Both the position numbers and the translations under genes were made by a program. Below, piece after piece: positions 12,686-24,766 of a stretch of DNA of 64,000 nucleotides; the first letter of the stretch is position 1, and each line of letters starts with the position of its first letter. The DNA comes from Bugula neritina. Its lineage: Eukaryota > Animalia > Bryozoa. The stretch lies in contig OZ037766.1 in NCBI GenBank assembly GCA_964035545.1, positions 13,010,722 to 13,074,721 of the forward strand, read 5' to 3'. The notes beneath the pieces are model-generated. The model was not told the origin of the DNA and made no database searches. It saw nothing but the letters and a program-made list of their open reading frames with translations.

Positions 12686-15153
12686 ATGAAGACAAATGAG
12701 AATCAAGCAATTTGCTTGCCAAGATGTATTCTTGTTCCCTATCATGAAAAGCATGTTTTAAAGTAAGTTTGTAAGTTGATCATTTGCATAATGTAGACAA
12801 TATTTTTTTCATTCATTTCCAATTTTTTTTCCTATAGATACAACCATGCCATGAGTTATTTGGATTACATACTTTTTGAGATAGGGTTTTAACTTGTTTT
12901 GTTATTAGAAAATGTAGTAATTTTTTGATAATGTTCTATGTAGATATCATGAATGGATGAAGTCAGAAGAACTGCAAGTATTGACTGCATCTGAGCCATT
13001 GAGTTTAGAAGAGGAATATCAAATGCAAATTTCTTGGTATGAGGATGATAAAAGTGAGCCATTGGCTATTTGTATTTTAGAAAGCTGAATTCATTAAACG
13101 ACAAAGCTAATCTTAAGTTTTATAATGTAGAGAAACAATTTATTGTATCAGTTAGCACTTTATTCTTAATATTTGAATATGTGTGGAAATTCCCATATAT
13201 AGCAATTTATTTACCACCCATTTTATTCTGTTATTATAGAATAAGTTTCATGTAAATTATTAACACGAGTTGATCTAGCTATGCGATAGCTGATATACTG
13301 AAATCTTGATTGGAGCAATTGAAGCTAGAACCGTAAATCTTTTGCAAAGTTCAATAGCATTTTTAATTACTTAAATTTATATGTAGTCTTTAGTAATAAA
13401 AACAGTTTGTCCTATAGCTTTATATTGATCTGAGCACTAATTGAAGCTATTTAATTTAAGGCCGTCTCCTAAAATCATTGACTTTATGTGCTCAAGTAAT
13501 TGACTACTTAACTTGCAAAGATTGATTCATTTATTGTATATATTATAAGTTAAAGAAACAAATATTGAAATGGTGCTCTTTCGGCTACCGAAATGGCAAA
13601 TCATTTGCTTTGTGTCTAGATTATATTGTCTTTAATGATTCACTTTTTAAACCAAAGTTTGACTTGACATATTTTTTACAAAGCTTAAATATTTATAAAA
13701 GCAATATGTTTAAAGTTTATATATGCCATTTTACTTTTGATAGATATTAGTGGTTACATCTACTCTTGAACTTTGAATGTCTGATGTAGAGTGTACATTC
13801 ATAATTTTGGATAAAGATTTAATCAAAGCCTCTCCTGAAGACGAAATACGTGCTATGGTTGGGGACGTTAACTTGTTTTTTAATGACTTAGACAACATTC
13901 ATTGTGCAGAGCTGGAAATTATGGTAGCAGGTAATACTAACCTACATGTTTATACTAAAAATTAGAATAGCTTGCAAATAATAAAACATTAGAATGTTGT
14001 TAAAAGTATGCAGCTGGCCTCAAAGTCAACAACATTCTAATATTTAAAACTGGATTAAAAGCAATGAAATTAGGAGTTGTCTATTCTTCTACAGTAAATT
14101 TGGGCTACATTTAAAAATTAATTTTAGAAATGGGTGCACGTGGTAAAGGAATTGGAAAACAAGCTACTTTAGCTATGATGAATTACGGAGTTTTGACTCT
14201 CGGAGTGGACACATTTATTGTGAAGATCGGTTATCAAAATACCCCTAGTATTGAACTTTTTAAAAAGTTAGGGTTTCAAGAGGCATGTATTATAATTATC
14301 ACAAGTTTAACAATTGTTGTGAGAATAAAATTCATTTGCATAAATCTTATTTTTCTGAATTATTTTATTTACCTGAAAAGGCATTTGTACTTAAGAGATG
14401 ACTAGAGATATTTTGCAAAAACTTCTGATATGTAAAAAAGAACATGGGATAATAATTCTGCGGATCTCTGCATCATCAGCACAACTGCTCATACTTCATC
14501 AAGCACATGCTTCTAGCATTCCTCAACAATAATAAGAAGTATCAACGTCCTATTTGGAACAGCTGGCATGCTTTTAGTTAAATTGATCTTTGCTACTACC
14601 TGCATCCTGCAACGTTTTCTCTATATTTCTGGCTGGAGTGCTTTAATCTATAATGAGCATTCTTCAGCCTTATGTTTATATTATACGGTAGTTGATCAAC
14701 ACTTGTTTTTATGTTGTATGTGCACAAACTGCTCCTCTGAACTAAGTGGGAACAACTCCCATATCAATTCATTTTTCTCTATGTGAAGCTGAAGAATTGA
14801 AAACATTTTTCTATCATCTTTTCTAATTGATATATCTTGCTGGGTTTTACAATCAGAGATATGTCAATACAGCTGATTCTAGGGCTCTAGTTTGTAAGCG
14901 TTGTAGTTGTATCAATTTGCTGTAATCCTACTGCAGGTTATAAGAGCTAAAACAATGTGGAAGCTAATTACATTTATAATTTGCCTAATGAACCTATTAC
15001 CATCTGATGTTGCAGATCAGCAGAAGTGAAGCATTCCAAGAGATAACATTTCAGCTATCAATCACAGAAGATAAAAAACTTGATATACAGTCATCTCTGG
15101 AAGAGTACAGTGTCTGTGAATATAGTAGTTTGCAGTCAGTTGTATGTAAATAA
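12686..15153 (+). CDS. NAT9: N-acetyltransferase 9 (GNAT); exons 12686-12762, 12944-13053, 13790-13930, 14128-14282, 15016-15153
   Basis: [99 protein letters not shown]. Splice phases are consistent. Confidence 0.93.
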
Positions 15154-16206
15154 TTATTTCCTTTCAACAGCTTTTCTTCTCTGCTAGTATGAAAAGTTTG
15201 TATTTAATCGTCTATACAAATGTTGGTATGAGAATTAAGCGCCATTGGTGCTATTTATTCCCAGCAAGATGTCGGGAGCCCTGTTCAACTGATGTACTAC
15301 TAATCTAATTTTTCGGGAAATGACTCTCACTGTATGAAGTTGCAAAACTCAATGTATAGGCGTATTACCTATCAACACATTTGTCTGACATAGCTTTAAT
15401 GTCACACATTCACGCTATTGTAGCTTATAAAGTGTAATATTTTGAATCATGGTATTAATTATGTCAATATCTTGGTCATACGCATTTCTATTGAGAATAA
15501 TTTTACTAACTCACATAATGAACTGATGTCATTATTCAACAACTTAGATAAACTCTGACTATTTAAAGTTAGTATGGATTTTTTTAATTTTTTGCATCAT
15601 TTTCTGTAATAAATCACTGTTATTTTGAGTTTGCACATGTGTAGTCAATTTTGTGGGTTTATTTCTGAGTACAACCCTTAGCAGTCTAAGCTTAATCAAT
15701 AGACAAAAATAATAGTTTCTTATGTGAGCAAATAAAGAAGTATCGCAATTAGTACTAATCAATATTTTCAATGTGTAATTATAAATACAGACTGTGAATA
15801 ATGCTGTTGATTTGTTGCAGAAGATGAGCCGACTCCAGTAAGCTTATAATTGTAGCCTGGAGCTAGTAGAATATACATTGTATTGATGGCAAATATAGCC
15901 ACCACCCAACACTATCATGTCCTGTTACAGGGCAACAGCCTTGATAACCACTATACACTGTTTCAAGAAGATGGAACAAAATATACATGTATTACATATA
16001 TACAAAACATATAATTATAAAAGAGGTTCTCTTGCCCTATCACAATTTTCATACAGCAGCAGAAAACTGATTAACTAATTTATATCATCAGTAGACTGAG
16101 CACAAAAAGGCATGGCATGCCAATTCCACAAGCCATCTATATATGTATGTATATACAAGCATTTACAACATCTAAATAAATTAAATTACAAGTCAGTTTG
16201 GTAGCA

Positions 16207-19200
16207 TCAATATCCTGAAGACTCCAAGTCACTTGCAATAGGAAATGGCGTATATTGACAATCTGTGTCTTCCTCATCAGTGGTAACATGATTCACGAGA
16301 TGTGACAGCGCATCATTTATGGCATCAGCTGCATGAAACAACTCTTGAAACTGGCGTTTAGTTCTACTATTGTAGCCGGATGATGAAGTTGAGGAAACTG
16401 AATGCTGAGGTGTAAGTTTAGGTGATGCATTCACAGAGCCACTAGAATGAAGCCTTTCACGTTTAGGAGTAAATGGTGATTTATATTGCTTCTGAATGGA
16501 ATTATTAGGATGATACAGGGGTGATGAGTGCACTAGTCCATTAGAATTGTCTCTGGACTTTAGCAAACCCATTAATCTTTCTAGCTGATCCATTAAATCT
16601 TTGCGCCCATCTTGGAGTTTGTTCATTCGCCCCTCAAGTTCACCTTTATGTTGTTTAAGCATTTGTAACTCAAAAATCAAATTGGAGTTTCCGTAAGAAG
16701 CATCTTCTGCTTGCTTCAAATGACTGATTTGTTCCATTATTTGTCTATTACTCGCTTCTAACTCATCAATTAAATTTTGATGCACTTTAAATTCTGCACA
16801 CTGCTGTAAGGAGTCTATGCTGCCCTCACAAGAACTATTGCCATTCACAAGATCCACCTCACATAGTTTACCTTCATAACTAAACAATTTGGCAGCATAC
16901 CTTGCAATAAGATTATGCTCATCATCAATTCGAGGGGCTTCCATGATTTCACACTACAATTTAACAGTACCACATCACTTCACAAGGGTCATTTCCAGCT
17001 TACTGCAATGAAAAATATATTGAACATATAATCAAGACTGTTGTACTATCCTATATACTTGAGCAGTTAAAAAACTAACAAGAAGCAAAAAAATGTTTCA
17101 TAGCACAACTTAATAAAAGGTGCTGAGTTGCTTCAATCCAATTGAATGCCTGAATATTAGATATGAAACTACATTTATCATATTCCTTACAGCTAAAATT
17201 TTGCATAAAAGTTGTGAAATAGAGCAAGCAATATTGAGATTTCTTATCTAGTTTTAAACAGTTGACACATCAAAATTGAAAAAAACAGGCTTATCAATAG
17301 AGCGATTAGATCAACAGCTAATAACCTACAGTATTCCTGTTTACTAATCATTAGAGAAACTTAGGAGGAACCTTAAAACAGTTGTTCTTATCTATAACAT
17401 GATTGACCAAAAGGGAGTAGCTATGATCTAGCGATAAGAGTGCTGGCCTAGTTTGATACACATGCTAAATCATGAGCTCAAGGCCATTGACAACGTCATT
17501 TCGGGCACCCAGTTATAATGACCCCTGTGGTACAAGCAAAGCTCTCAAACATTGTTGCCAGCATAGTGAGAGGCACAGCCCTTGTGCCACTTGAAAAATC
17601 TTAGCAACAGAGGTTTACAGGGATGGAGACTTTAAACAGAACTGAATAAATCCTAACTTCATTATTATACCATTTTTTTACATCAACTGAAAAAAAAATA
17701 ACTGGTGTTGTCAAACTATTCTAGTTTCCTAAGGCTACAGTAAACAACACAAAAACAACTTGATATAATTTCAAAAAATGAAATATTCATTAGTGTATAT
17801 TATAATATTATTATGTTACGATCAACTTTTCTGCTGAACTCATAGTATGTTCAAAATTTTTAGCAAGATAATGCAACTGAAGTGGTAGTATACCGATTGA
17901 GGCAAAATATGACCTAATTAATGAAAATATCGTATTTTTGTATGTGTATGAGACCATCCATCGGTATACTACCACTTCAATTGCATTATCTTGCTAGAAA
18001 TTTTGAACATTTCAGTGAAGCTAATAAACACCGAATGAGAATAGCAAGGAATATACTTGTAGTTAAGGCTAGTATGATTAAATGTATTTATATAAATTAA
18101 ACTGTTAATTAAACTGAAATATTGGTCATGTGTACATTTGGCGTATAAATTTTGAGCACGAAATCTGCAAAGGGATAGTATCTAAAATTGACATACTTTT
18201 TCATATGAAATTTTAATGGTAAATTTCTTTAGGTAGCAGAAGGTATTTTAGATGCTTTCCTGTTTTTATCGCTATCTTTTAAAAACTTTTTACATATCAA
18301 GCTGCTCATTATTTTCACATGATTTTAATTTTTTTACTGCTCATGCTGATACATGAGTGCCCTGATTCTCTCATTTAGTATTTTATGTCTTTTTGCTTTA
18401 ATTGTTACACTTTTTGGTCAAACACAACCTTTGCACAGTTGCTACACTACACCTGAATTTACAAATGTATTGTTGATCATTTTGACAAATAATTGTTATA
18501 CTGATAGACCTTCAAGTATCAAAATGTAAAGCAAACGCGTTCTGCAAGTTCATTCTCTGAAATCTGATTATATAATCTTATTCAGCAAAATAAAAGATAA
18601 AAAGCATAGGTTTTAAAATCAAACCATTTATAAAGTCTCAATCACCCAATAATATTCTACATTATTACACAAATTATATTTATCGCACTAAGTTACAATC
18701 AGATATCAGCAGGAGCTTTCTACCTCAAAACTGATACAATTATATTTGGCGAACTAATTCTAGGCTCCAAAGACTGAGCCGTCGATTACATCTGTTTATT
18801 GTTTTTTGCTCGCACAGTTTTCATAATACCAGAAGCTTATGTCAAAAAGATTTGCTTTGCATTTGTTCAAGATTGTTTCCACTACAAATTTTATTATCCA
18901 TATTACATCTAAAAGACAAATAAAGCAGTTACATCTCTTTTGATACTGAAAATTAGCTATATTGCCTGCCCATACTACACGTAATTTCCAACATGCAAGT
19001 CTAAAGATTTTCAACTTTTCCTAACTAATTCCATTGTTCAAATAATCAAAACAGCAACGCTAACTGCATGAAAGAGATTGAAAAGACAAAAATATGTATA
19101 ACAAAACTAAATTCTACTAGCTCTACCACAAGCATAATATTGTGCAAATTGCTTTGCTGCATTTCGAATTTTGGATTGACAATTCAGATTCTTATATATA

Positions 19201-20335
19201 ATTATATGCCTATGGGAATGGTAATCAGACATTATCATTATGATTATCATTTATTACTAGATAAAAATCATTACTATAAACATGATTATAACTATTAACT
19301 ATAAATCATTAATTTTCATTATGATTATAATAAGTAATACTTATAGTATAAGTTATACTAATAGTAATAGTTATAGACACAGTGATAGCTACTGATAGTG
19401 TTATACTGATAAACCATTATAATAATCTTAGTTATAGCATTGGTAGAAGTTAGAGTTTTAGTTATAATTATAGTTATACTTTAAGTTTAAGGTCTTGAGT
19501 TCAACTTAAACTTATAAGTTATACTTATACTTAAACTTTAAGTTAGGCTAATCTTATACTTATAGCAACTTATACTAATACTTAACAGCTAAAAGTTAAA
19601 GTTAATTCTATACTTAATCTTATAGTTAATGATAACGTAATCATAATGTTAATCACTTCAAGTTATTGTTAATGTTATACTTATGTTATAGTTATATTCC
19701 TAGTCATATTCATATACTATAAGTACACCTGGGGCTAGTCCTATGAGTCATACTGTATGAGTATCAGTAGGCCTATGTCAGTATGTGCTGTAGTAATATT
19801 AATACACTACAGTAAATATATATTAAATTAAAATATTTAGTCATAATCAGATACTATTACTATTAGGAATACTAATAGTAATACTAATAGTAATACAGTA
19901 TTAGTATTAGTATTATTACTATTACTATTAGTAATACTAATACTATACTAAATCTAATACTAGTAGTAACACTAACTGTAAGAGTATTACTATTAGTATT
20001 AGTATTACTATTAGTATTACTATTAAGTATTAGTATAAGTATTACTATTAGTATCATATTTAGATTCACAATTATAATATTTAACGCTATTTAAAATCGT
20101 TGGTGTAATTAGAAATAGTTGAATACTGAAGTTGTTAGTGCTCGGTAGTGAGTGGATTCATTTAGTACGCAGGCTTTTGATTGTTTTGAAGTTTACACTC
20201 AGTGTGAGTATGAGTTAGCACCTGCCACTTTCGATTGGTTACAGCATCAGCATGTTCAATGAAAGGCTTCGTTTCCTCAGAGTTATCCCGTTTAAGTCGC
20301 CGTGTACACTGGTTAAGATACAGCGATTCCAACAT
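16207..20335 (-). CDS. Dystrobrevin C-terminal-like coiled-coil protein; main exon 16953-16207, putative first coding exon 20335-20222
   Basis: DDEHNLIARYAAKL, ELEASNRQIMEQI, ELQMLKQHKGELEGRMNKLQDGRKDLMDQLERLMGLLK and ELFHAADAINDALSHLV match dystrobrevin C-terminal motifs. There is an acceptor at 16954. The upstream exon joins in phase 0 but is less certain. Confidence 0.75.
17413..17620 (+). mobile_element. Possible degenerate tRNA-derived SINE
   Basis: A-box-like tgatctagcgataaga and B-box-like gagctcaaggcc sit in a GC-richer island. The evidence is weak. Confidence 0.25.
17847..18010. repeat. Inverted repeat / MITE-like foldback (~50-bp arms, ~65-bp spacer)
   Basis: atgttcaaaatttttagcaagataatgcaactgaagtggtagtataccgat ... 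atcggtatactaccacttcaattgcattatcttgctagaaattttgaacat. Confidence 0.85.
19200..20075. repeat. Degenerate hexamer-periodic (TNANWN)n tract in first intron of the dystrobrevin-like gene
   Basis: ttatac ttatac ttaaac; ttaatc ttatag ttaatg; taatac taatag taatac; ttagta ttacta ttagta. Confidence 0.8.
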
Positions 20336-20520
20336 GTTTATTTTTCTTCGTGTTGGAAAATTACTTCTATGCGTTAGTGACACGTACGTAGTAAACAAGC
20401 AAGACTAAGTATATCAATATGGTTATATAATAACTATCAGTTTCCTAAAGTCTAATTAGTACTGTCAGTTTGATTAAACCTTAATTGTGTTGTTTGCAAT
20501 AAATAACTCTAAGCCGTAAG
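20336..20520. promoter_or_regulatory. Probable bidirectional promoter of dystrobrevin-like (-) and DERL1 (+)
   Basis: CpG-containing island between divergent genes. Candidate DERL1 non-coding exon-1 donor gtaagc at 20516; acceptor at 26411 just before the ATG. Confidence 0.45.
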
Positions 20521-20559
20521 CGAGATTTAATTGAGTTTGACTATCTTATTCTTTATGGA

Positions 20560-20700
20560 CCATCACACTGAATCTGATCACAGTGTGAGTGACAGACTGA
20601 GACACTGACAGTCACAGTGACACTCGCACACTCACAGTGACACTGAGTTTGACAGTGACTGTGAGTGATCACTCATCACTGATCAGTAATGATTGATTGA
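20560..20700. repeat. (TNANWN)n tract, left flank of full-length LINE
   Basis: tgacag ac tgagac ac tgacag tcacag tgacac; tcacag tgacac tgagtt tgacag tgactg tgagtg. Confidence 0.75.
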
Positions 20701-21103
20701 TTTCCGGTTTCGATAATGGAGAACGCCAAATTTTAAACTTTCAAACAATTTAACGTAATTTCAAAATTAGGTCGCTTATAGTAATACTAGTAGAGGCAGG
20801 GGTGTGCTCATTAATTTTTACTCAAACCCTAGTCTATTGTGAGTCAGTAATAAACACAGAATTTAGTACCCATCGAAGAGATTCAACCTGAACTTCCGAC
20901 TGACTATCAGTATCACTCCATTATAAATTTTTAGTGCCGCCTAGTTGATAGTATATATTTTTAGTTAGTAAACGCAGTAGTACTATTAGTAATACTGTAT
21001 TAATAGTAGATGTAATACTAATATATATTTTTTTATAACGATAATCACTTATCATATTGACAACTACCAGTAGTTGCATAAAAGTAATTTAATAAATAAA
21101 GGA

Positions 21104-22049
21104 ATGCCATCTAAGAGCAAAGATAAGTGCGCCTATTGCAACCTGAAGGCTGATGAGCAAAAATGTCATGTGATGATACGCTGTGATTGCTGTGAGGCAT
21201 GGTATCACAGCCAATGTCAGGACCTCACCAAATATGAGGCAAATCTCATCTCTAGCGCAGAAGGGAAAGGAGTAAGATGGTTCTGCACTAAATGCATACC
21301 GGAACTGGTAATTAATGCAGACTCTCAAGACCAAACTAAAGCTAAAACTTCAATTACCGAACTAAAAGAAAAGCTGGAAGAAATGAATCTGTTAACAATG
21401 AACAAACTTAACGATATTGACCGAGCTGTTAAAGGCATGCAACTCACGTATGCTGATACACTAAAGAGTAACAATGAGAACATAAAGTCCCTAGAAGATC
21501 AATGTTCCAAGCTTGTTGAGCAAAGTACGGTGCAAATGAATAAGGCTGTTGAAGTAAACATAAATGCTGAGAAGTTGATGCAGAAAAGTAATGAAATAAG
21601 TGAGGCAGATGCCAGAAAATGTAATGCTATTCTATATGGTGTGCCGGAGGGAGATGAAATACCGGTACTAGAGCAGGTCGAAAAATTCATGAGAGAAGAA
21701 AGATTCAAAAACCTTGACAAACCTCATGCAGCCTTAAGACTCGGGAAAAAAAAGTGCGGAAACCGCTAGACCCATAAAAGTTGTCTTTGAGACTATCCAA
21801 TCTAAATGGGCCTTCATAAAGAGGGTGAACTCTTGGGGACTTAAAGGTGACAAAGTCTTCTGCAAGCTAGATGCCAGCAAGGAAATCCGCAACCAAGAGT
21901 TCGCCCTCCGTGAGTGTGTGCGTGGACTGAAAAGTGACAACCCTGGATCTGCATACAGAATAAGGAATCTGCAAATTGAATGTCAGCAACCCTCGGGGGA
22001 ATGGAAGCGTCTGACGCCGGCATTAAACAGTGTAGTGAGAGCCCACTAG
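21104..22049 (+). CDS. LINE ORF1p (PHD finger, coiled coil, C-terminal domain), split by one extra A in the A8 run at 21746-21753
   Basis: CAYC..CDCCEAWYHSQC..WFCTKC is a PHD finger, followed by NAILYGVPE and RLGKK. Removing one A restores RLGKKSAETARPIKVVF..VFCKLDASKEIR..SGEWKR. Confidence 0.88.
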
Positions 22050-24766
22050 CCTTATTTTTGGCAAACTCCAGGTCTGTTAAGGGGAAAACGGCCGAAGTTC
22101 AATTCATTACATCTGAATATGATATAGTTTGTTTAGTAGAAACACATATTGATGACACTATAAACAACTGTGACATTCTCTCTAGCCAAAGCAAGACCAT
22201 ATTTAGATGGGATCGTAATATTCATGGTGGCGGGGTCCTTATAGCAGCAGCGAATTCGCTTCAGCCAACTAAAGTTGAACTAGACACTTTGGGCGAAGAA
22301 ATGGTTGTAGTACAGATCAAACATAGCATTATAATATGCTGCTACTATAGACCAAACATATCAATGCTAAACATGGCAGCTTTGAGAAATGTCATTGAAC
22401 ACATCACCAACAAATACCATCATCATTCCATCATTCTTGTTGGTGACTTTAACCTTCCTGAAATAGACTGGGAAACCAGAAAACTAAAATATGGTGCAAA
22501 ATTCAAGTCTGTACACTTGGACTTTCTCACCATGTTATTTGAAAACAGGATGCAACAACTTGTTACGCAACCCACTCATATTCACGGTAATATCCTGGAT
22601 TTAATCTGTACCAATAACACAGCGTTAGTCACAGATATTGATATAATATCTCCGGGTCTCAGTGATCACTACATCGTCACTGCAGTGCTTACCTGCCATA
22701 GACCAAATCTCTTAAAAACACAACCGAAAACAATTAAACTATACAAAAATGCAAATATAACTGGTTTCAGAGACAGTATGCAAACTGTCTGTAACAAACT
22801 TAAGGACATGTCAGACCCGGACAACATGTGGCTCCTTTTTAGAGAAGGTCTTGCGCAGGCTTGCAAAGATCACATTCCTACAAAAGTTTTAAAATCAAAA
22901 AACTCTCGCTGGCCTGTTTGGTTTGATAAGGAGGCAAAGAAGCTTGCTCAAAAGCAAAGAAAAACTTGGTTTAAGTATAAAAAAACAAGGGATGTGTTTT
23001 TCTTGGAGAAGTATAAAACAGAGCGAAAATCTTGCAAAAAATTGCTTCGTCACAAAAAGAGGAACTATGTAGTTGAGAAGGTATGTAAACCATTAGAGAG
23101 GGGAAATTCCAAGCCTTTTTTCAAACACCTGAGGCAAAAAACTGGTCAAGATAATATTTCCATGTCTCTTACTGACCCTGATACTAATCAACTAACTGAC
23201 AACTCACTGAGATGCGCTGAAATCCTGAACAGTTATTTTTATAGTCAGTTCTGCCAAGATCACCAGGTGTCACAATATCCAAATTATAGCAGTGATACTC
23301 ATAACATATGCATATCCATCAAGGGGCTTGAGTCACTTATTAGAGGATTGGCAAATGGTAAATCACCGGGGCCAGACGGCATAAGAAAACCAGACCTATT
23401 AGTTGATACTGAAATAAATGCCACTTGTCTTCAGCACATATACCATGCCTCACTTAAATCTGGAAAACTACCAAGAGATTGGAAACTTGCTAATGTAACC
23501 CCAATACATAAAGGAGGAAGCAAGGAATCACCACAGAATTATAGGCCTATCTCTCTCACAAGCATTCCGTGCAAAATGCTTGAGCACATAATCCTGCACT
23601 ACCTGAATGCAACCCTTGACAATATACTTCACAACAGGCAGCATGGTTTTCGGAAGGGAATGTCATGCGATACTCAGCTGTGCTCAACATACCATGACAT
23701 TGCCAAAGCGCACGACCAATCACAAGACACACATGCAATTGTTCTAGACTTTAAACAAGCATTTGACAAAGTCCCCCATTCCCTACTGCTACTGAAACTA
23801 CGTCGCATTCCAGAAGTTAACCCACAGATTATAAATTGGATTCAAGATTTCATCACCAACAGAAAACAGAGAGTTGTAATTAAAGGCTCATGCTCAACTG
23901 AGCTCCCAGTAACATCGGGCGTCCCCCAAGGATCTGTACTAGGACCCACACTATTCTTGGTTTATATTAACGATTTACCAAGTTGTGTCAATTGTTGTGT
24001 CAGTCTTTATGCAGATGACACCCTGTTGTACCAAAGAGTAAACTCAGAAGCAGATGCTGCAGACTTCCAGGTCAATATCGATGCAGTATATAACTGGTCC
24101 CAACAGTGGAAGATGCCTTTTAATGAAAGTAAATGCCATGCTATATCATTTGGTCGCCAAACAAGCCTTCCATCTTATAAGCTTGGGAGTACACCTGTCC
24201 AATGGACTGAAGAGACCAAGTATCTCGGTGTGACCATGCAGAGTAATCTAAAATTTGACCAACACATTGTGCTGAAATCACAAAAAGCTAGCAGAGTCCT
24301 AGGAGCAATCAAGTTTGCTCTCCATGATGCTCCAAAAAATGGCAAACTCTTGGCTTACACCAGCCTCTGCCGTCCATTGTTGGAGTATGCAGATACCCTC
24401 TGGGATCCTTATTTAAAAACCACCATACATAATATAGAAATGGTTCAGAATCGTGCTGTGAGGTTCATATCAGGTCTCAAGGGGCGAGAGAGTGTTAGTG
24501 ACGCTCGATGCGAACTGGGTCTACTACCATTGCAAACGAGGCGTAAAAATCATAGGCTCACACTATTGACACGTATTCTACAGTCTGAAGCCACGCACAG
24601 TACACTTTCATCAGACTATGATGAGGTTGTGGAAAATCGCTCTCTCATGTCCGTAGCTACGAGATCAGCAACCCAAGGTTTACCCAACTCCATTTCTTCT
24701 CACTCTAGCTGTTACCACCAAAGTTTCTTACCAAGAACGATACGCGACATGAGAGGATTTACCTAG
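22001..24766 (+). CDS. LINE ORF2p: AP-like endonuclease and reverse transcriptase, intact
   Basis: Uninterrupted ORF with LVETH, GDFNLP, SDH, NYRPISLTS, QHGF, DFKQAFDKV, GVPQGSVLGP, YADD, YLGV and SFLPRTIRD. The ATG at 22001 is conserved in the other copies. Confidence 0.97.
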   Translation: MEASDAGIKQCSESPLALFLANSRSVKGKTAEVQFITSEYDIVCLVETHIDDTINNCDILSSQSKTIFRWDRNIHGGGVLIAAANSLQPTKVELDTLGEEMVVVQIKHSIIICCYYRPNISMLNMAALRNVIEHITNKYHHHSIILVGDFNLPEIDWETRKLKYGAKFKSVHLDFLTMLFENRMQQLVTQPTHIHGNILDLICTNNTALVTDIDIISPGLSDHYIVTAVLTCHRPNLLKTQPKTIKLYKNANITGFRDSMQTVCNKLKDMSDPDNMWLLFREGLAQACKDHIPTKVLKSKNSRWPVWFDKEAKKLAQKQRKTWFKYKKTRDVFFLEKYKTERKSCKKLLRHKKRNYVVEKVCKPLERGNSKPFFKHLRQKTGQDNISMSLTDPDTNQLTDNSLRCAEILNSYFYSQFCQDHQVSQYPNYSSDTHNICISIKGLESLIRGLANGKSPGPDGIRKPDLLVDTEINATCLQHIYHASLKSGKLPRDWKLANVTPIHKGGSKESPQNYRPISLTSIPCKMLEHIILHYLNATLDNILHNRQHGFRKGMSCDTQLCSTYHDIAKAHDQSQDTHAIVLDFKQAFDKVPHSLLLLKLRRIPEVNPQIINWIQDFITNRKQRVVIKGSCSTELPVTSGVPQGSVLGPTLFLVYINDLPSCVNCCVSLYADDTLLYQRVNSEADAADFQVNIDAVYNWSQQWKMPFNESKCHAISFGRQTSLPSYKLGSTPVQWTEETKYLGVTMQSNLKFDQHIVLKSQKASRVLGAIKFALHDAPKNGKLLAYTSLCRPLLEYADTLWDPYLKTTIHNIEMVQNRAVRFISGLKGRESVSDARCELGLLPLQTRRKNHRLTLLTRILQSEATHSTLSSDYDEVVENRSLMSVATRSATQGLPNSISSHSSCYHQSFLPRTIRDMRGFT

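Noticed and set aside
14400-14830. Coding-like, GC-richer stretch in NAT9 intron 4, possibly a decayed transposase
   Set aside because: Multiple stops and no motif I can name with confidence.
21980-24766. RT as a retron, group II intron, DGR or telomerase
   Set aside because: The N-terminal APE domain, PHD ORF1 and tandem-repeat tail identify an ordinary non-LTR retrotransposon architecture.
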